64,000 bases of DNA from Myxococcales bacterium (GTDB lineage: Bacteria; Myxococcota_A; Polyangia; Polyangiales; DASUME01): contig JASGJH010000001.1 in NCBI GenBank assembly GCA_047601445.1, positions 3,648,001 through 3,712,000 on the forward strand, given 5' to 3'. The translations under genes were made by a program, and so were the position numbers. How positions within the stretch are numbered: position 1 is the stretch's first letter; every line of letters begins with the position of its first letter. Below the pieces are notes generated by a model, which saw only the letters and a program-made list of their open reading frames with translations, searched no databases and had not been told where the DNA came from. Below are positions 40,010 to 49,185 of the stretch, piece after piece.

Positions 40010-41788
40010 CTACTGGCCGAGCACCGAGGGCACGAACTTGCCCTCGAAGTGGCCCGCCACGGTTTCACCGGTGGCGCCCACCTTGTCGAACACGATCTTG
40101 CCCGAGCCGATGAAGCCCACGATCTGCAGGTGCGGCGCATCTGCACCTTGGAGCACGACGCCAAAGGTCTCGAAGCCATGGGTCGCAAGCTCACCGAGCT
40201 CCGGCGCAGGACGCCCGAGCTGCCACTGCAGAACGGTCAGGCTGCCGTCGAACATGATCAACACCATCTGCACGGCGCCGGCCGGTCGCAGCGAGTCTTT
40301 CAACGGACCCGCGCTGGCGTAGGACAGCAGCGGCACCACCGCCTGCCCGTTGAGGGACAGCTGTACGGGATTGCCGGACATCAAAGTGAGCTGCTCGAGG
40401 TCGCCCCAGGGTGCGCTGAACTCGACGCGTACGTCGCTCACCAAGTCGCGGTGGCACGCGAGGCTCGCGAACTCGGGATAGGGCAACGCCACGGCATCCG
40501 CCGCCAACTCGGGTTCGATCTGCCCCCTGCGCGCGCGGATGAACTCCCGCTGTTGCTCGAAGCCCTTGGCGATGCCGGCCGTGCCCAAGAACCGCTCGTA
40601 GCGATCCACTTCGGCCAAGAGCGCGTCCTCGTCCCACACCGTGTCGAGCAGCTCCTGAAGGGTCTCGCGGTAGCGCTGGCGTCCCTCGGCCGTGGCGTAG
40701 ATGCGCCCGCTCAGAAACGAGCGCACGATCACGGAGGCCGGGCTCGCGGGCCCGTAGGCGATCTTCGAGAACGCGCCATCGGTCCCCCAGGGGATGAACG
40801 AGAGTTTCTGCGTGCCGGGTGCTGCATAGACGAAGAAGTTGTTGCGATTGCCGTCGTAGCCGTCCCAGTGCGACAGCAAGCTTTCCATCGCCCAAAAGCG
40901 CAGGTACTCATCGACATCGATGAGCTCGTCGAGCGCGCCGAGCAGGTCGGCCGGGGGGTTCTCCAGCAGCTTGGCGAGCGCTTCGAAGGTCGCGCCCATG
41001 GGCTGATCTTCGTTGGTCTTCTTCTCGAAGTTGAGGAAGAGATCGGCGCGAAAGTCGGCGGGGGCCGAGCCCTCGTAGAGGTCCCCCTTGGAGTCCCCGA
41101 AGGAGCGCTTCAAGAACGGCTTCTTCACGGGCTCCACGTTGGTGTACACGCCGAGCGCCTCACCGTTGACCTTCACCTGGGCGAAGGAGCAGCGCGGGGT
41201 GGCCAAACCCGCCGCCTCGAACAATGCGTATGCCATGCATTGGTGGATGAGCGTCGGATCCTGCTGGTTGTTGTTGAGCGTGAACGACTTGGTCCCGTAG
41301 AGCTCCTGCTTCTCCACGAACTCGTCGAGGTCGATGCGCAGCGACGGGTGCAGCACCGAGAGCGAACCGAGGAAGCCCTTCTTGTGCACACCTACGCGCT
41401 CGAAGTCGTGCCCGTTGATGCTGGCCTTGGCCTCGAAGGTCGTGTAGTCGAACTCCTTGTCCTCGCAGCCGGAGAGGATTTCGTCGAGTTGACGCCCTTC
41501 GCCGCGCAGCTTCTGCCAGTCGATCGGATCGAGCTCCACCTCCACCTGCATGAAGGCTTCGTCCGAGAACCAAGGGTCGCTGGCAGCGGCGTCGGATGTA
41601 CCAGCGTCGTCCTGCGCATCGGGGGACGGCGACGCGTCGTCTCCCGGGCTCGGCTCTGCGCCGGCATCCTCGGCGTCGGGGGGAGCGCGGTCGGACCCCG
41701 GGGGCGGCTCGGGAGCCGGCTCACCGCAGGCACCGCACAACACGAGCCAGAGGGACGATGCATGGGCGAGCTGTCGCGAGGTGTTCAT
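40010..41788 (-). CDS. CotH kinase family lipoprotein
   Basis: VGVHKKG, S.RIDLDEF, LNNNQQD, GVYTNVE, HWDGY..N.NNFFVY, FIPWGTD; GAC lipobox. Confidence 0.9.
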   Translation of the reverse strand: MNTSRQLAHASSLWLVLCGACGEPAPEPPPGSDRAPPDAEDAGAEPSPGDDASPSPDAQDDAGTSDAAASDPWFSDEAFMQVEVELDPIDWQKLRGEGRQLDEILSGCEDKEFDYTTFEAKASINGHDFERVGVHKKGFLGSLSVLHPSLRIDLDEFVEKQELYGTKSFTLNNNQQDPTLIHQCMAYALFEAAGLATPRCSFAQVKVNGEALGVYTNVEPVKKPFLKRSFGDSKGDLYEGSAPADFRADLFLNFEKKTNEDQPMGATFEALAKLLENPPADLLGALDELIDVDEYLRFWAMESLLSHWDGYDGNRNNFFVYAAPGTQKLSFIPWGTDGAFSKIAYGPASPASVIVRSFLSGRIYATAEGRQRYRETLQELLDTVWDEDALLAEVDRYERFLGTAGIAKGFEQQREFIRARRGQIEPELAADAVALPYPEFASLACHRDLVSDVRVEFSAPWGDLEQLTLMSGNPVQLSLNGQAVVPLLSYASAGPLKDSLRPAGAVQMVLIMFDGSLTVLQWQLGRPAPELGELATHGFETFGVVLQGADAPHLQIVGFIGSGKIVFDKVGATGETVAGHFEGKFVPSVLGQ

Positions 41789-43245
41789 AGTTCGACCTGT
41801 AACTGGCCAATGACGCGGGTGTTATCGAGAGCCATGAAGGGCGGGATCTGCAGCGGCTTCGGCTGCTTGAGCACGGGCGAATGCGCCTGCACGTCGGTGC
41901 GGGTTACATCGAGCATGAAGCGCACGCGCTCCAAACAAATCAGCGTCAGACTCGCGGAGAGCGTGCGCCAGAGCCCCGTGCCGTGCTCGCGGTCGGCGTC
42001 CAACCATTCGGCGCGCAGGGCCGGCAGCAACTGCACGGAGCGCACGTCGAACCGGTAACCAGCGATGCCCCAGGCAGCCCAGGCGGATTTGGCGCCATAG
42101 CGCTCGTCGAGATCCACGCGGTCGATGTACATGAACTCGCCGCGCAACATGGCGCCCTTGCGCTTGATGCGAATGTCGGCGCTATAGGCGCGCCCCTTGC
42201 CCCAGTTCTTCTGCATCGGATGAGCCGGATCCGGCGGGTCGGGCAGCACGTCCTTGCCGGAGGTCTCGAAGGGTCGGTTGTAGGAGCGATTCCCGAGCTG
42301 CTGCACCATGTCGGCGCCGAGTCGCAGCCACTTGTTGGGCTTGCTCTCGGCGCGCGCGGCTAGGCTCCCCGCGGGCGAATCATGCTCGTCGTGGGCGTGT
42401 CCGCGAAACGCGCCGAGGTAGAGTCGGAGTCGCTTGGGCTTCTTGAGCGGCGCCACCGTCACCTGGGCCCCGAGGTCGCGACCGGCGAAGCCGAGGCTAT
42501 TCAAGAGCTGATTGGCGGGGCCTAGGTTGGCGAACTCGTAGCGACTCGTGGGGTCGAGCTCGAGCACCGAAAAGGGGACCTTGAATAGGCCGGCCACGAA
42601 CTCGAGCCGCTCGGGGATGGGCCGCAGCACCGCGTAGGCTTGCTTGAGAACGTCCTCCGGATCGTTGTCGATGAGCTCCGAGAAATCGAGCACCGACTTG
42701 AAGCCCAGGTACTTCACCGGATCGCTACTCAAGCGCACCAGCATGCGGTTGAGGCTGTAGCCGTCGCCCTGCTGAACGAGGTAGTCCTCCTTCTCGCGTC
42801 CCGTGATCAGCTCGTTCTTGCTCGCCGTGGCGAACGTGCTCGTGTAGCGGAACTGCATGAGCGCGCGCAGGGAGATCACGCTCAGGCCCTGGGGATCTCC
42901 CCAGGGATCGCCGGGGATGGACTCGACCTCAGGCTCGCTCTCGAGGGGTACGGCCGCCTGGTCGACACGCGGCGATGCCGGCGAGGCTGGTGCGGGCGCG
43001 GAGGCGCGCGACGGCAGGGGAACGCTGAGCAGCACGGGAGGAGCCTCGGACTGGTCCTGCCCTCCCAGATCTTCCTTGGCTGGCTCCGCACTCGGAGCGG
43101 GGTTTCCGAGCTGCTCGGCAGGTGGCTCGACGACCTGCGCGGCGTCCGACTCGACACCCGCGTCGCTCTGTGCGCGCGCCACCCGCGCCGAAAGCAGCGC
43201 AGCAAGCGAACACGAAATGCACGCGAAGGAGAGAAAGCGAAGCAT
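41785..43245 (-). CDS. Outer-membrane porin (OprO/OprP-like)
   Basis: Signal peptide, Pro-rich linker, R..VRLS, AG.FKVPFS.LE, GRDLG, C-terminal QLQVEL beta strand. Confidence 0.7.
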   Translation of the reverse strand: MLRFLSFACISCSLAALLSARVARAQSDAGVESDAAQVVEPPAEQLGNPAPSAEPAKEDLGGQDQSEAPPVLLSVPLPSRASAPAPASPASPRVDQAAVPLESEPEVESIPGDPWGDPQGLSVISLRALMQFRYTSTFATASKNELITGREKEDYLVQQGDGYSLNRMLVRLSSDPVKYLGFKSVLDFSELIDNDPEDVLKQAYAVLRPIPERLEFVAGLFKVPFSVLELDPTSRYEFANLGPANQLLNSLGFAGRDLGAQVTVAPLKKPKRLRLYLGAFRGHAHDEHDSPAGSLAARAESKPNKWLRLGADMVQQLGNRSYNRPFETSGKDVLPDPPDPAHPMQKNWGKGRAYSADIRIKRKGAMLRGEFMYIDRVDLDERYGAKSAWAAWGIAGYRFDVRSVQLLPALRAEWLDADREHGTGLWRTLSASLTLICLERVRFMLDVTRTDVQAHSPVLKQPKPLQIPPFMALDNTRVIGQLQVEL

Positions 43246-43290
43246 GAATACCGAATGGAGGAAGGCGCCCCGCGCAGCGAGGCCACGCGA

Positions 43291-44010
43291 TCAAGGAGTG
43301 AGCTGGAAGCTGACGAGCTCTTCGGTCTGCCCGCCGGTTTCCTTCACCTTGCCAATGCCGGGCACGTACCAATAGGTCTTGAGCGAAGTGTCGCCGGTCT
43401 TGCGGTAGACGATGGCGTGGAAGGTTCCCGCCGGCACCGTGACGTCTTGCTCGCCGTCGACCAACCAGTGGTCCTGTGCGTCCGCGGTGCTCTGGGTGCC
43501 ATCGTCGGGGAGCTTGGTCTCTTTGTAGATCTCGTCCCACTCGGCGCCCGCCACGCGGTGCTCGACGCTGCCGTCGATATGCAGCTTGTGAGGTTGCCAG
43601 TACTCCTCGAGCTTGAGCGCGCCCGTCTTGGCGCCGTAGGAGAGCTCGCGATAACGCACCACGCGATCGCCATCGAGGGCCTGGTAGCTCACGGTCTCGT
43701 CGCTCTGGCCCTTCTTGGTGGTCACCTTGTTGGCGCGTTTGTCCTTATTGGGACCGGTGCCGCCCACCGCTTCTTCGGCGCCGATGGTGACCACCTTGGT
43801 GGTCACTTCGCCGTTGTCGGTGACGCGATAGGTCCAGTTGTTCCCGGTGTGCCACGGGAGCATCGGGAGCGCCTCACCGGCGTCGCCAGTGGGCTCGGAG
43901 TCACCATCGCCCACGCTTCCGCCGTCGGCTGGCCCTTGCGCCGGATCGGCGCCGCAGGCGAACAAACACAGCGCCACGAGCGGCGCACCCCAGGATCGGT
44001 GACCAAGCAT
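43291..44010 (-). CDS. Lipoprotein with a beta-rich fold (VTVPAGTF...YW..PGIG.VKE)
   Basis: LFAC lipobox; GN.WTYRV; TGATG coupling at 44010. Confidence 0.75.
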   Translation of the reverse strand: MLGHRSWGAPLVALCLFACGADPAQGPADGGSVGDGDSEPTGDAGEALPMLPWHTGNNWTYRVTDNGEVTTKVVTIGAEEAVGGTGPNKDKRANKVTTKKGQSDETVSYQALDGDRVVRYRELSYGAKTGALKLEEYWQPHKLHIDGSVEHRVAGAEWDEIYKETKLPDDGTQSTADAQDHWLVDGEQDVTVPAGTFHAIVYRKTGDTSLKTYWYVPGIGKVKETGGQTEELVSFQLTP

Positions 44011-44690
44011 CAGTCCTCCTCTGCCAACGCGACCCTGCGAATGCCCGGCACACCGGCGCGTTCGAGCTGGGCACGCAGCGTATCGGCGTCTTCGTTGGGG
44101 CTTAGCTCGAGTTCGATCACGAGCTTCCCGCTGTCCTTGCCGAGCTCGGCCGCGTTGGTGGCCAGCTCCATGATGCGCGCCGTGGGGAACACGGTCTGCA
44201 CTTGCCCGCGCACCGCGCCAGCGTTCTCGGCGTTGATGGTGATCAGTGTGGCGCGGGTCATCTTGCGAGCCCCGTAGTCGAACACGGTGAGCAAGATGCA
44301 CACGAACAGCGTGGCCGCCGCGGCCATCGCGAATAGTCCCAGGCCGCACGCCATGCCGATGCCGATCATCACGAACATCACAGCGGCGTCGCGCGGATCG
44401 CTGATGCCCGAGCGAAAACGGATGAAGGACCCGAGGCCCACCAGGCCGAACGCGCGCGCGGGCGAATCGCCGATCACCACCACCATCACCGCACCGGCCG
44501 CGGCGATCAGGGTCTGCGATTGGGCGCTCTGCAGGGACGGTTTCGACATGAACGGCATGAACCTGCGCCAGGCACGGAATGCGAGGCAGGCCCCGAGCAC
44601 GGTGGCCACGCTCATGCGCACGAAGAGCTCCGACAGCCTGGGCAATTCGGTCATGCTCTGGCCGAAGGCGTCCGTGATAGAAAACGGCAT
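44010..44690 (-). CDS. DUF4956 / MgtC-SapB-like membrane protein
   Basis: VIGDSPARAFGLVGLGSFIRFR...DPRDA..MF....IGMACGLG; TGATG coupling at 44690. Confidence 0.85.
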   Translation of the reverse strand: MPFSITDAFGQSMTELPRLSELFVRMSVATVLGACLAFRAWRRFMPFMSKPSLQSAQSQTLIAAAGAVMVVVIGDSPARAFGLVGLGSFIRFRSGISDPRDAAVMFVMIGIGMACGLGLFAMAAAATLFVCILLTVFDYGARKMTRATLITINAENAGAVRGQVQTVFPTARIMELATNAAELGKDSGKLVIELELSPNEDADTLRAQLERAGVPGIRRVALAEED

Positions 44691-46381
44691 CAGCCCTCCC
44701 CTTCCCAGCCACGGTGGAGACCGAGCGCGATGGCGGTGGCGTGCTTGAGTAGCGACACGTTGTCCCCGTGCAGCGCGAGCCGACGCGCCACGAACTCCTG
44801 CCCACGCGGCGTATCCGCCAACGAGCCGAGTGATTTGACGGCAGTCGAAGGCCACTGGTCCGCGAACTCGGTGCGCAAAGCCCAGGCGGCCTCGGCTTCG
44901 ACACCGACCATCCCGTCGAGCGCCTCCTTCACGTCGGCGGCCACCGCGCGTCGCATCTGCCAGGCCTCCGGGACATCGAGCCGACGCAGGGACTCCATCA
45001 CGGTCTTGGGCGCGTACCGCAGGTAACTCGCGCGTAGCTCGAAGCTGCGCGCGGAGCTCAAATGGGCCAGCGAACCAACGCAAGCCAGGGGAGCCGCCGC
45101 GCGCGTGCTCTCGCGCAGCGCCCAGGCCCGTTCATCGGAGAGCCCTTGCACGCTCTTGGCCGCCGCACGCGCCAACCCGTAGTGCGTCCGCAGATCCTTG
45201 CGGTGCTGCGCCAAGAGGGAGTCGCGCAGCCGCCACGAGCGCTCACAGGCGAGACCGCTCAAGGAGAAGAGCACCGCCTCGGCGTGCTCCTCCCGCGCGC
45301 GCTCGCGCAGCGCCCAGGCGAGTTCCGAGTCCCGCTGGGCGAGTCCTTTGAGCACCTCGCCGGGAGCGCGCTCGAACAGCGCGGCCTGCAGGGCCTGCCC
45401 CTGCGGGTGGAGCGCGGCCGGGCCCGTGAGACCGCGGGCCACCTGCGCCGGATGAAGCAGCGCGAGCTCTTCGCGCAGCTGCCAGCTCAGCGGATTGGTC
45501 AAGCCAGCGAGTCCAGCCAAGACCACCTGCGGAGCGTGACGCGCGAGGGCCAGACGCAGATCGTCCACCGTCCCGCCAAACAGACCTGCCAGCATGTACG
45601 CCGCCACCTGCGGCTCGCGCTCGGCGCGCAGCTGGATCCAGTGCAAGAAGGCGTCGCGTGCCTGCTCCGGCGAAGACAGCGGTGGGGCCGCTCTCGGCTG
45701 TGTGCGACGAGCCTGCGCCTCACGCAACGCCGTGCTTGCGCCCAGGCGAGCCCCCGCGTCGATCAAGGTCGTAACCTCGACGACCACCTCCTCCAGGGGC
45801 GCGTCGTTGTGCACCGTGAACCAGCGCTCCGGGGACTCCGCTGCCAGCTCGCGATAACCTGCCCGCAGGCGCTGCGAGAGGCCCACGCCCGAGAGTCCCT
45901 TGCGCGACGGCGTGCGGCCGCCTTTGCTGACGAGCTTCGAGCTCTTGCGCCGGGCCCGCGCCAGGCTGGGGTCGAGATCGACCAACACGACGAGTTCGGG
46001 CGCCAGGCCCGCCGCGGCGGCGTTCACGACGGGCGTCACGTAGTCCGGCGGCAGATGCCGCCCGAAGCGGGCCAACACCTCCGCGGTGTAGAGAAAGCGA
46101 TCCGCGATCACGATGTCATGGTCCTCGAGCGCCGGGAGCAGCGACTCCTCCATGAGTTGCACGTCGCGAGCCACGTAAAGCAAGAACTCTGCGCGCGGAT
46201 CGAGGGCGAGGTTCTGGCTATCGCGCGAGAGCTCGCGGATGGACTCCGACACGGTCGACGCGAATCTACCCTCGGCCCGCAAGTGCTTCACGCGGTAGCC
46301 CTGGGCCTTGAGCCGCTCGACCACACGATTGGAGATGGTGGTCTTGCCGCAGCCGTCGATGCCCTCGAAGACCACGAACAT
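44690..46381 (-). CDS. Thymidylate-kinase-like P-loop domain fused to a C-terminal helical repeat array
   Basis: MFVVFEGIDGCGKTT, E.LLY.AR..Q, DRFLYT; about nine repeats of SL.GL..E.AW.LR. Confidence 0.85.
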   Translation of the reverse strand: MFVVFEGIDGCGKTTISNRVVERLKAQGYRVKHLRAEGRFASTVSESIRELSRDSQNLALDPRAEFLLYVARDVQLMEESLLPALEDHDIVIADRFLYTAEVLARFGRHLPPDYVTPVVNAAAAGLAPELVVLVDLDPSLARARRKSSKLVSKGGRTPSRKGLSGVGLSQRLRAGYRELAAESPERWFTVHNDAPLEEVVVEVTTLIDAGARLGASTALREAQARRTQPRAAPPLSSPEQARDAFLHWIQLRAEREPQVAAYMLAGLFGGTVDDLRLALARHAPQVVLAGLAGLTNPLSWQLREELALLHPAQVARGLTGPAALHPQGQALQAALFERAPGEVLKGLAQRDSELAWALRERAREEHAEAVLFSLSGLACERSWRLRDSLLAQHRKDLRTHYGLARAAAKSVQGLSDERAWALRESTRAAAPLACVGSLAHLSSARSFELRASYLRYAPKTVMESLRRLDVPEAWQMRRAVAADVKEALDGMVGVEAEAAWALRTEFADQWPSTAVKSLGSLADTPRGQEFVARRLALHGDNVSLLKHATAIALGLHRGWEGEG

Positions 46382-46474
46382 CGGCGAGCTCTTCGCCGGG
46401 TCGCCGGAAGGGGCGCTAAGTATACGTAAGGACGTCACAAAAGATTATTTTCCCAAGCCGAACGCAGAAGTCTG

Positions 46475-46503
46475 TTGTCGCAAATTTGCCGTGGATTTGC
46501 CAT
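46475..46503. promoter_or_regulatory. Three 7-bp direct repeats at 11-bp period (OmpR/PhoB-type box)
   Basis: TTGTCGC-AAAT-TTGCCGT-GGAT-TTGCCAT; TATACT -10-like hexamer on the minus strand at 46419-46424. Confidence 0.45.
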
Positions 46504-46893
46504 CGAAACGTTGCCGGAGCGAGGGCACGAGGCGGCGAACACCTCACGGGGATAGGTGGCGGGCACGACCACTTCATGTCTCGAAACCCGCCGGGCTTGG
46601 CGGCGGGCGCAAGAATTAATCGAACCAGGCGGCTCACCAGGGACCTGGGAGGCATCGATCGCCGGGTCCGCGACCCAACGTCATCCTCCGGGGTGATCCC
46701 CACGGCCGCATGCATGAGCATGGCTCTCGACTCGCCCGCCGGCTCCAGGACGGTCCGGGAGCCGAGCAGCCGGTCTCGTGACTCACCAGGGTGCGGCGCC
46801 CCACGGTGAACCGGCCCAGATCGCGAGCTTCGCCTGACCTGCGCGAACCGTCAGCGCGGGCGAACGTCCGGAATGGCGCTCGACCCACTCGAC

Positions 46894-48012
46894 TCACTTG
46901 TGCGCGGTCTTGCCGGAGCCGGTCTTCTTGGCCGGCACGCCCCACGCCTCTTCCGCGCTCTCTTCGGCAGCCGCGGTGGGCTCGGCCGCTTCGGCTTCGT
47001 CGCCCGCAGAGGCCACCGACGACGAGGACGCGCCGCCGCCCAGGAACTCGTCTGCATCACGCGAGGTCTCGTCGGGCCACTCCTCCATCGGGATGTGGCC
47101 ACCCTCGGCGTAGACCTTGACCTGCAAGCCGTCCACGTCGCGCTTCCACTTGTCGATCAGCTCCGGCGGGACCCAGCGGTCCTTGCCGCCCCACATCAAG
47201 AGCGTGGGTACCTTGATCTGCGGGACGAACTTCGCCATCGAGTCTTCGTCGTTGTACTTACGCAGCACCTTGAAGTACTCGACCATCGAGTTCTTGTGGC
47301 CCTTCTTGAGCAGAAGGTCGTGGTAGCGGTCGATGATCACGTCGGTCACCGACTCCGGGTGTCCGTAGACCTTCTTCACGTTGCGCTTCACGATCGAACG
47401 CAGCGCCGCGATCTGCGCCATCGTGCCGCCGAAGCCGCCCGAGGCGAACTTGATGATGCGAGGCAGGGGCTGCTGATAGGCGATCGGATCGATCAGCACG
47501 AGCTTTTCGATGCGCTCGGGGTGCTTGGTGGCGTAGAACCAGGAGACGAAGCCGCCGAGCGAGTTGCCAGCAAGCAGGAACCTCTCCGCCTTGGCCTTGA
47601 GCTCGGGATGCTCGTCGCCGAGCTGCATGCGCATCTTCTCAAAGAGCTCCACGGCGTATTCGGGCGTGTAGTTCTTGTTGGCGAGCGGCTCGCTCAGGCC
47701 GAAGCCGGGCAAGTCGATGCGCAGGATGTGGTACTTGGAGCCGAGGTTCTGGACCCATCCGTCCCAGGTGTGCGTGTCGGCGAGCACGCCGTGCAGCAGG
47801 ACCAGTAGGGGCGCGTCGGGATTGCCGTCGATGCGGTAGTGCATCTTGGTCCCGTCGACCGTGGTGAACTGGGAGTTCGAGGCGCCGTACTTCTCCTGAA
47901 GCTTGGCGTCCGAGATGGTGCTCATGCCCATGCGCTGACAGCCGAGGGAGAACAGGCTGAGAACGAGGCACAAGACGAGGAGTCGTGCTTGGTGAATCTT
48001 GGAGAGCGTCAT
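46894..48012 (-). CDS. Alpha/beta hydrolase lipoprotein
   Basis: LVLLHG, IDLPGFGLS, GNSLGG, GHIPMEE; SLGC lipobox. Confidence 0.92.
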   Translation of the reverse strand: MTLSKIHQARLLVLCLVLSLFSLGCQRMGMSTISDAKLQEKYGASNSQFTTVDGTKMHYRIDGNPDAPLLVLLHGVLADTHTWDGWVQNLGSKYHILRIDLPGFGLSEPLANKNYTPEYAVELFEKMRMQLGDEHPELKAKAERFLLAGNSLGGFVSWFYATKHPERIEKLVLIDPIAYQQPLPRIIKFASGGFGGTMAQIAALRSIVKRNVKKVYGHPESVTDVIIDRYHDLLLKKGHKNSMVEYFKVLRKYNDEDSMAKFVPQIKVPTLLMWGGKDRWVPPELIDKWKRDVDGLQVKVYAEGGHIPMEEWPDETSRDADEFLGGGASSSSVASAGDEAEAAEPTAAAEESAEEAWGVPAKKTGSGKTAHK

Positions 48013-48118
48013 GGGCCGCTTGTACCTGGGGTCATCTGCCACGGCAGTGACCGATTGGTCGCCGCACGTTGCCAGACGTTGGCCAAAATGACCGCGGCGC
48101 GCACACGCGATCTAGCGC

Positions 48119-49132
48119 TCAACAGGCCAGTAAGATGGCTCGCTGATCGCGCTTGTAAGCGGCCGGCGTCTGGCCCGTCCAGCGCTTGAAAGCGCGATGA
48201 AAGGCACTCGGCTCGGAGTAGCCGAGACGATCTGCAATGCTCTTGATGGTCACGTCGGTCTCGAGCAGCAAGTAGCGCGCTCGTTCCAGGCGCGCTTCTT
48301 CGAGCAGTCCCGACAGAGTCTTGCCTTCGGAGACTAGACGTCTGCGCAAACGACGCGATGACATTCCGAGCAGTTTTCCTAACTTGTTGGGCCCAGCCTC
48401 CCACAGAGTCGGATCGGACTTGAGCAAGTTGAACACGCGGCGATGGACCGGTACCCCCACCATCTCCGATTCCAGCGTCGCGTCCGCCTCCTCCTTGAGC
48501 ACGCGCACCAGGCGCTCGTCCGTGAAGCTGCGCACACGATCGAGGGCTTCCGAGTAGAAAACGAGCTCCGGCCGCAGCTGGCCATGGACCACCGGGCAGC
48601 CGAAGATGCGCCGGTACTCGTGGGCGTGGGCCGGCTCCGCGTAGGGCAGTCTGAGCTCGTACAGGCCCAGCTCCGGCCCCAGGTACTCGCGCGCCACGCG
48701 CGCCAGGAGCGTGAAGGTGTACTCGACCACGAAGCGCAGCTCCTGGTCGACGCTGGGCGGGAGCTCCAGCCAGACCGAGGTCGTGGGCCCGTCGTCGTGG
48801 ACGCGTAGGTGCCCACGATCGGCGAGCAAAGGCAAGTAGCGCTCGAGCTCCGCGAAAGCGTGCCGTAGCGAAGAGCACTGCAGCACCAGAGCCCCCACGA
48901 GCCCAAGACAACGCCACGGCGCCCGCTCCGCAGCGTGCAGACCGAGCGCCGCATCTCCGGTCAGGCGATGGGCCGCATAGCCGGCGCGAAACATGACCTC
49001 CAGGTCCACGCGCGCGCGTGCGTCGTGACGCAGCGCCTGCGCGACGCCCGCCTCCTCCAGCAGCGCCTCGACGTGCGCGCGGTTGTCCAGGAGCGCGCAC
49101 AGCCCCTCGACCACGAAAAGGGATACCTGCAT
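48119..49132 (-). CDS. AraC-family regulator (OruR/ArgR-like N-domain)
   Basis: FGCPV, LGMS.R.LRRRL..EG, IA.RLGYSEPSAFHRAFKRWTG.TP. Confidence 0.93.
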   Translation of the reverse strand: MQVSLFVVEGLCALLDNRAHVEALLEEAGVAQALRHDARARVDLEVMFRAGYAAHRLTGDAALGLHAAERAPWRCLGLVGALVLQCSSLRHAFAELERYLPLLADRGHLRVHDDGPTTSVWLELPPSVDQELRFVVEYTFTLLARVAREYLGPELGLYELRLPYAEPAHAHEYRRIFGCPVVHGQLRPELVFYSEALDRVRSFTDERLVRVLKEEADATLESEMVGVPVHRRVFNLLKSDPTLWEAGPNKLGKLLGMSSRRLRRRLVSEGKTLSGLLEEARLERARYLLLETDVTIKSIADRLGYSEPSAFHRAFKRWTGQTPAAYKRDQRAILLAC

Positions 49133-49185
49133 GACCGCCTCCTCCGTCTTGCCTTCAGCGCGCGCTGGTCCGCGCGGCTCAAAAC

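Noticed and set aside
38372..42058. 1228-aa plus-strand ORF
   Set aside because: Antisense shadow of the CBS, methyltransferase, CotH and porin genes; long shadow ORFs are expected at high GC and it has no motifs
46520..46893. Possible ncRNA (6S-like) with a CTCACCAGGG direct repeat
   Set aside because: Repeat is direct, not inverted, and I could not build a convincing rod structure
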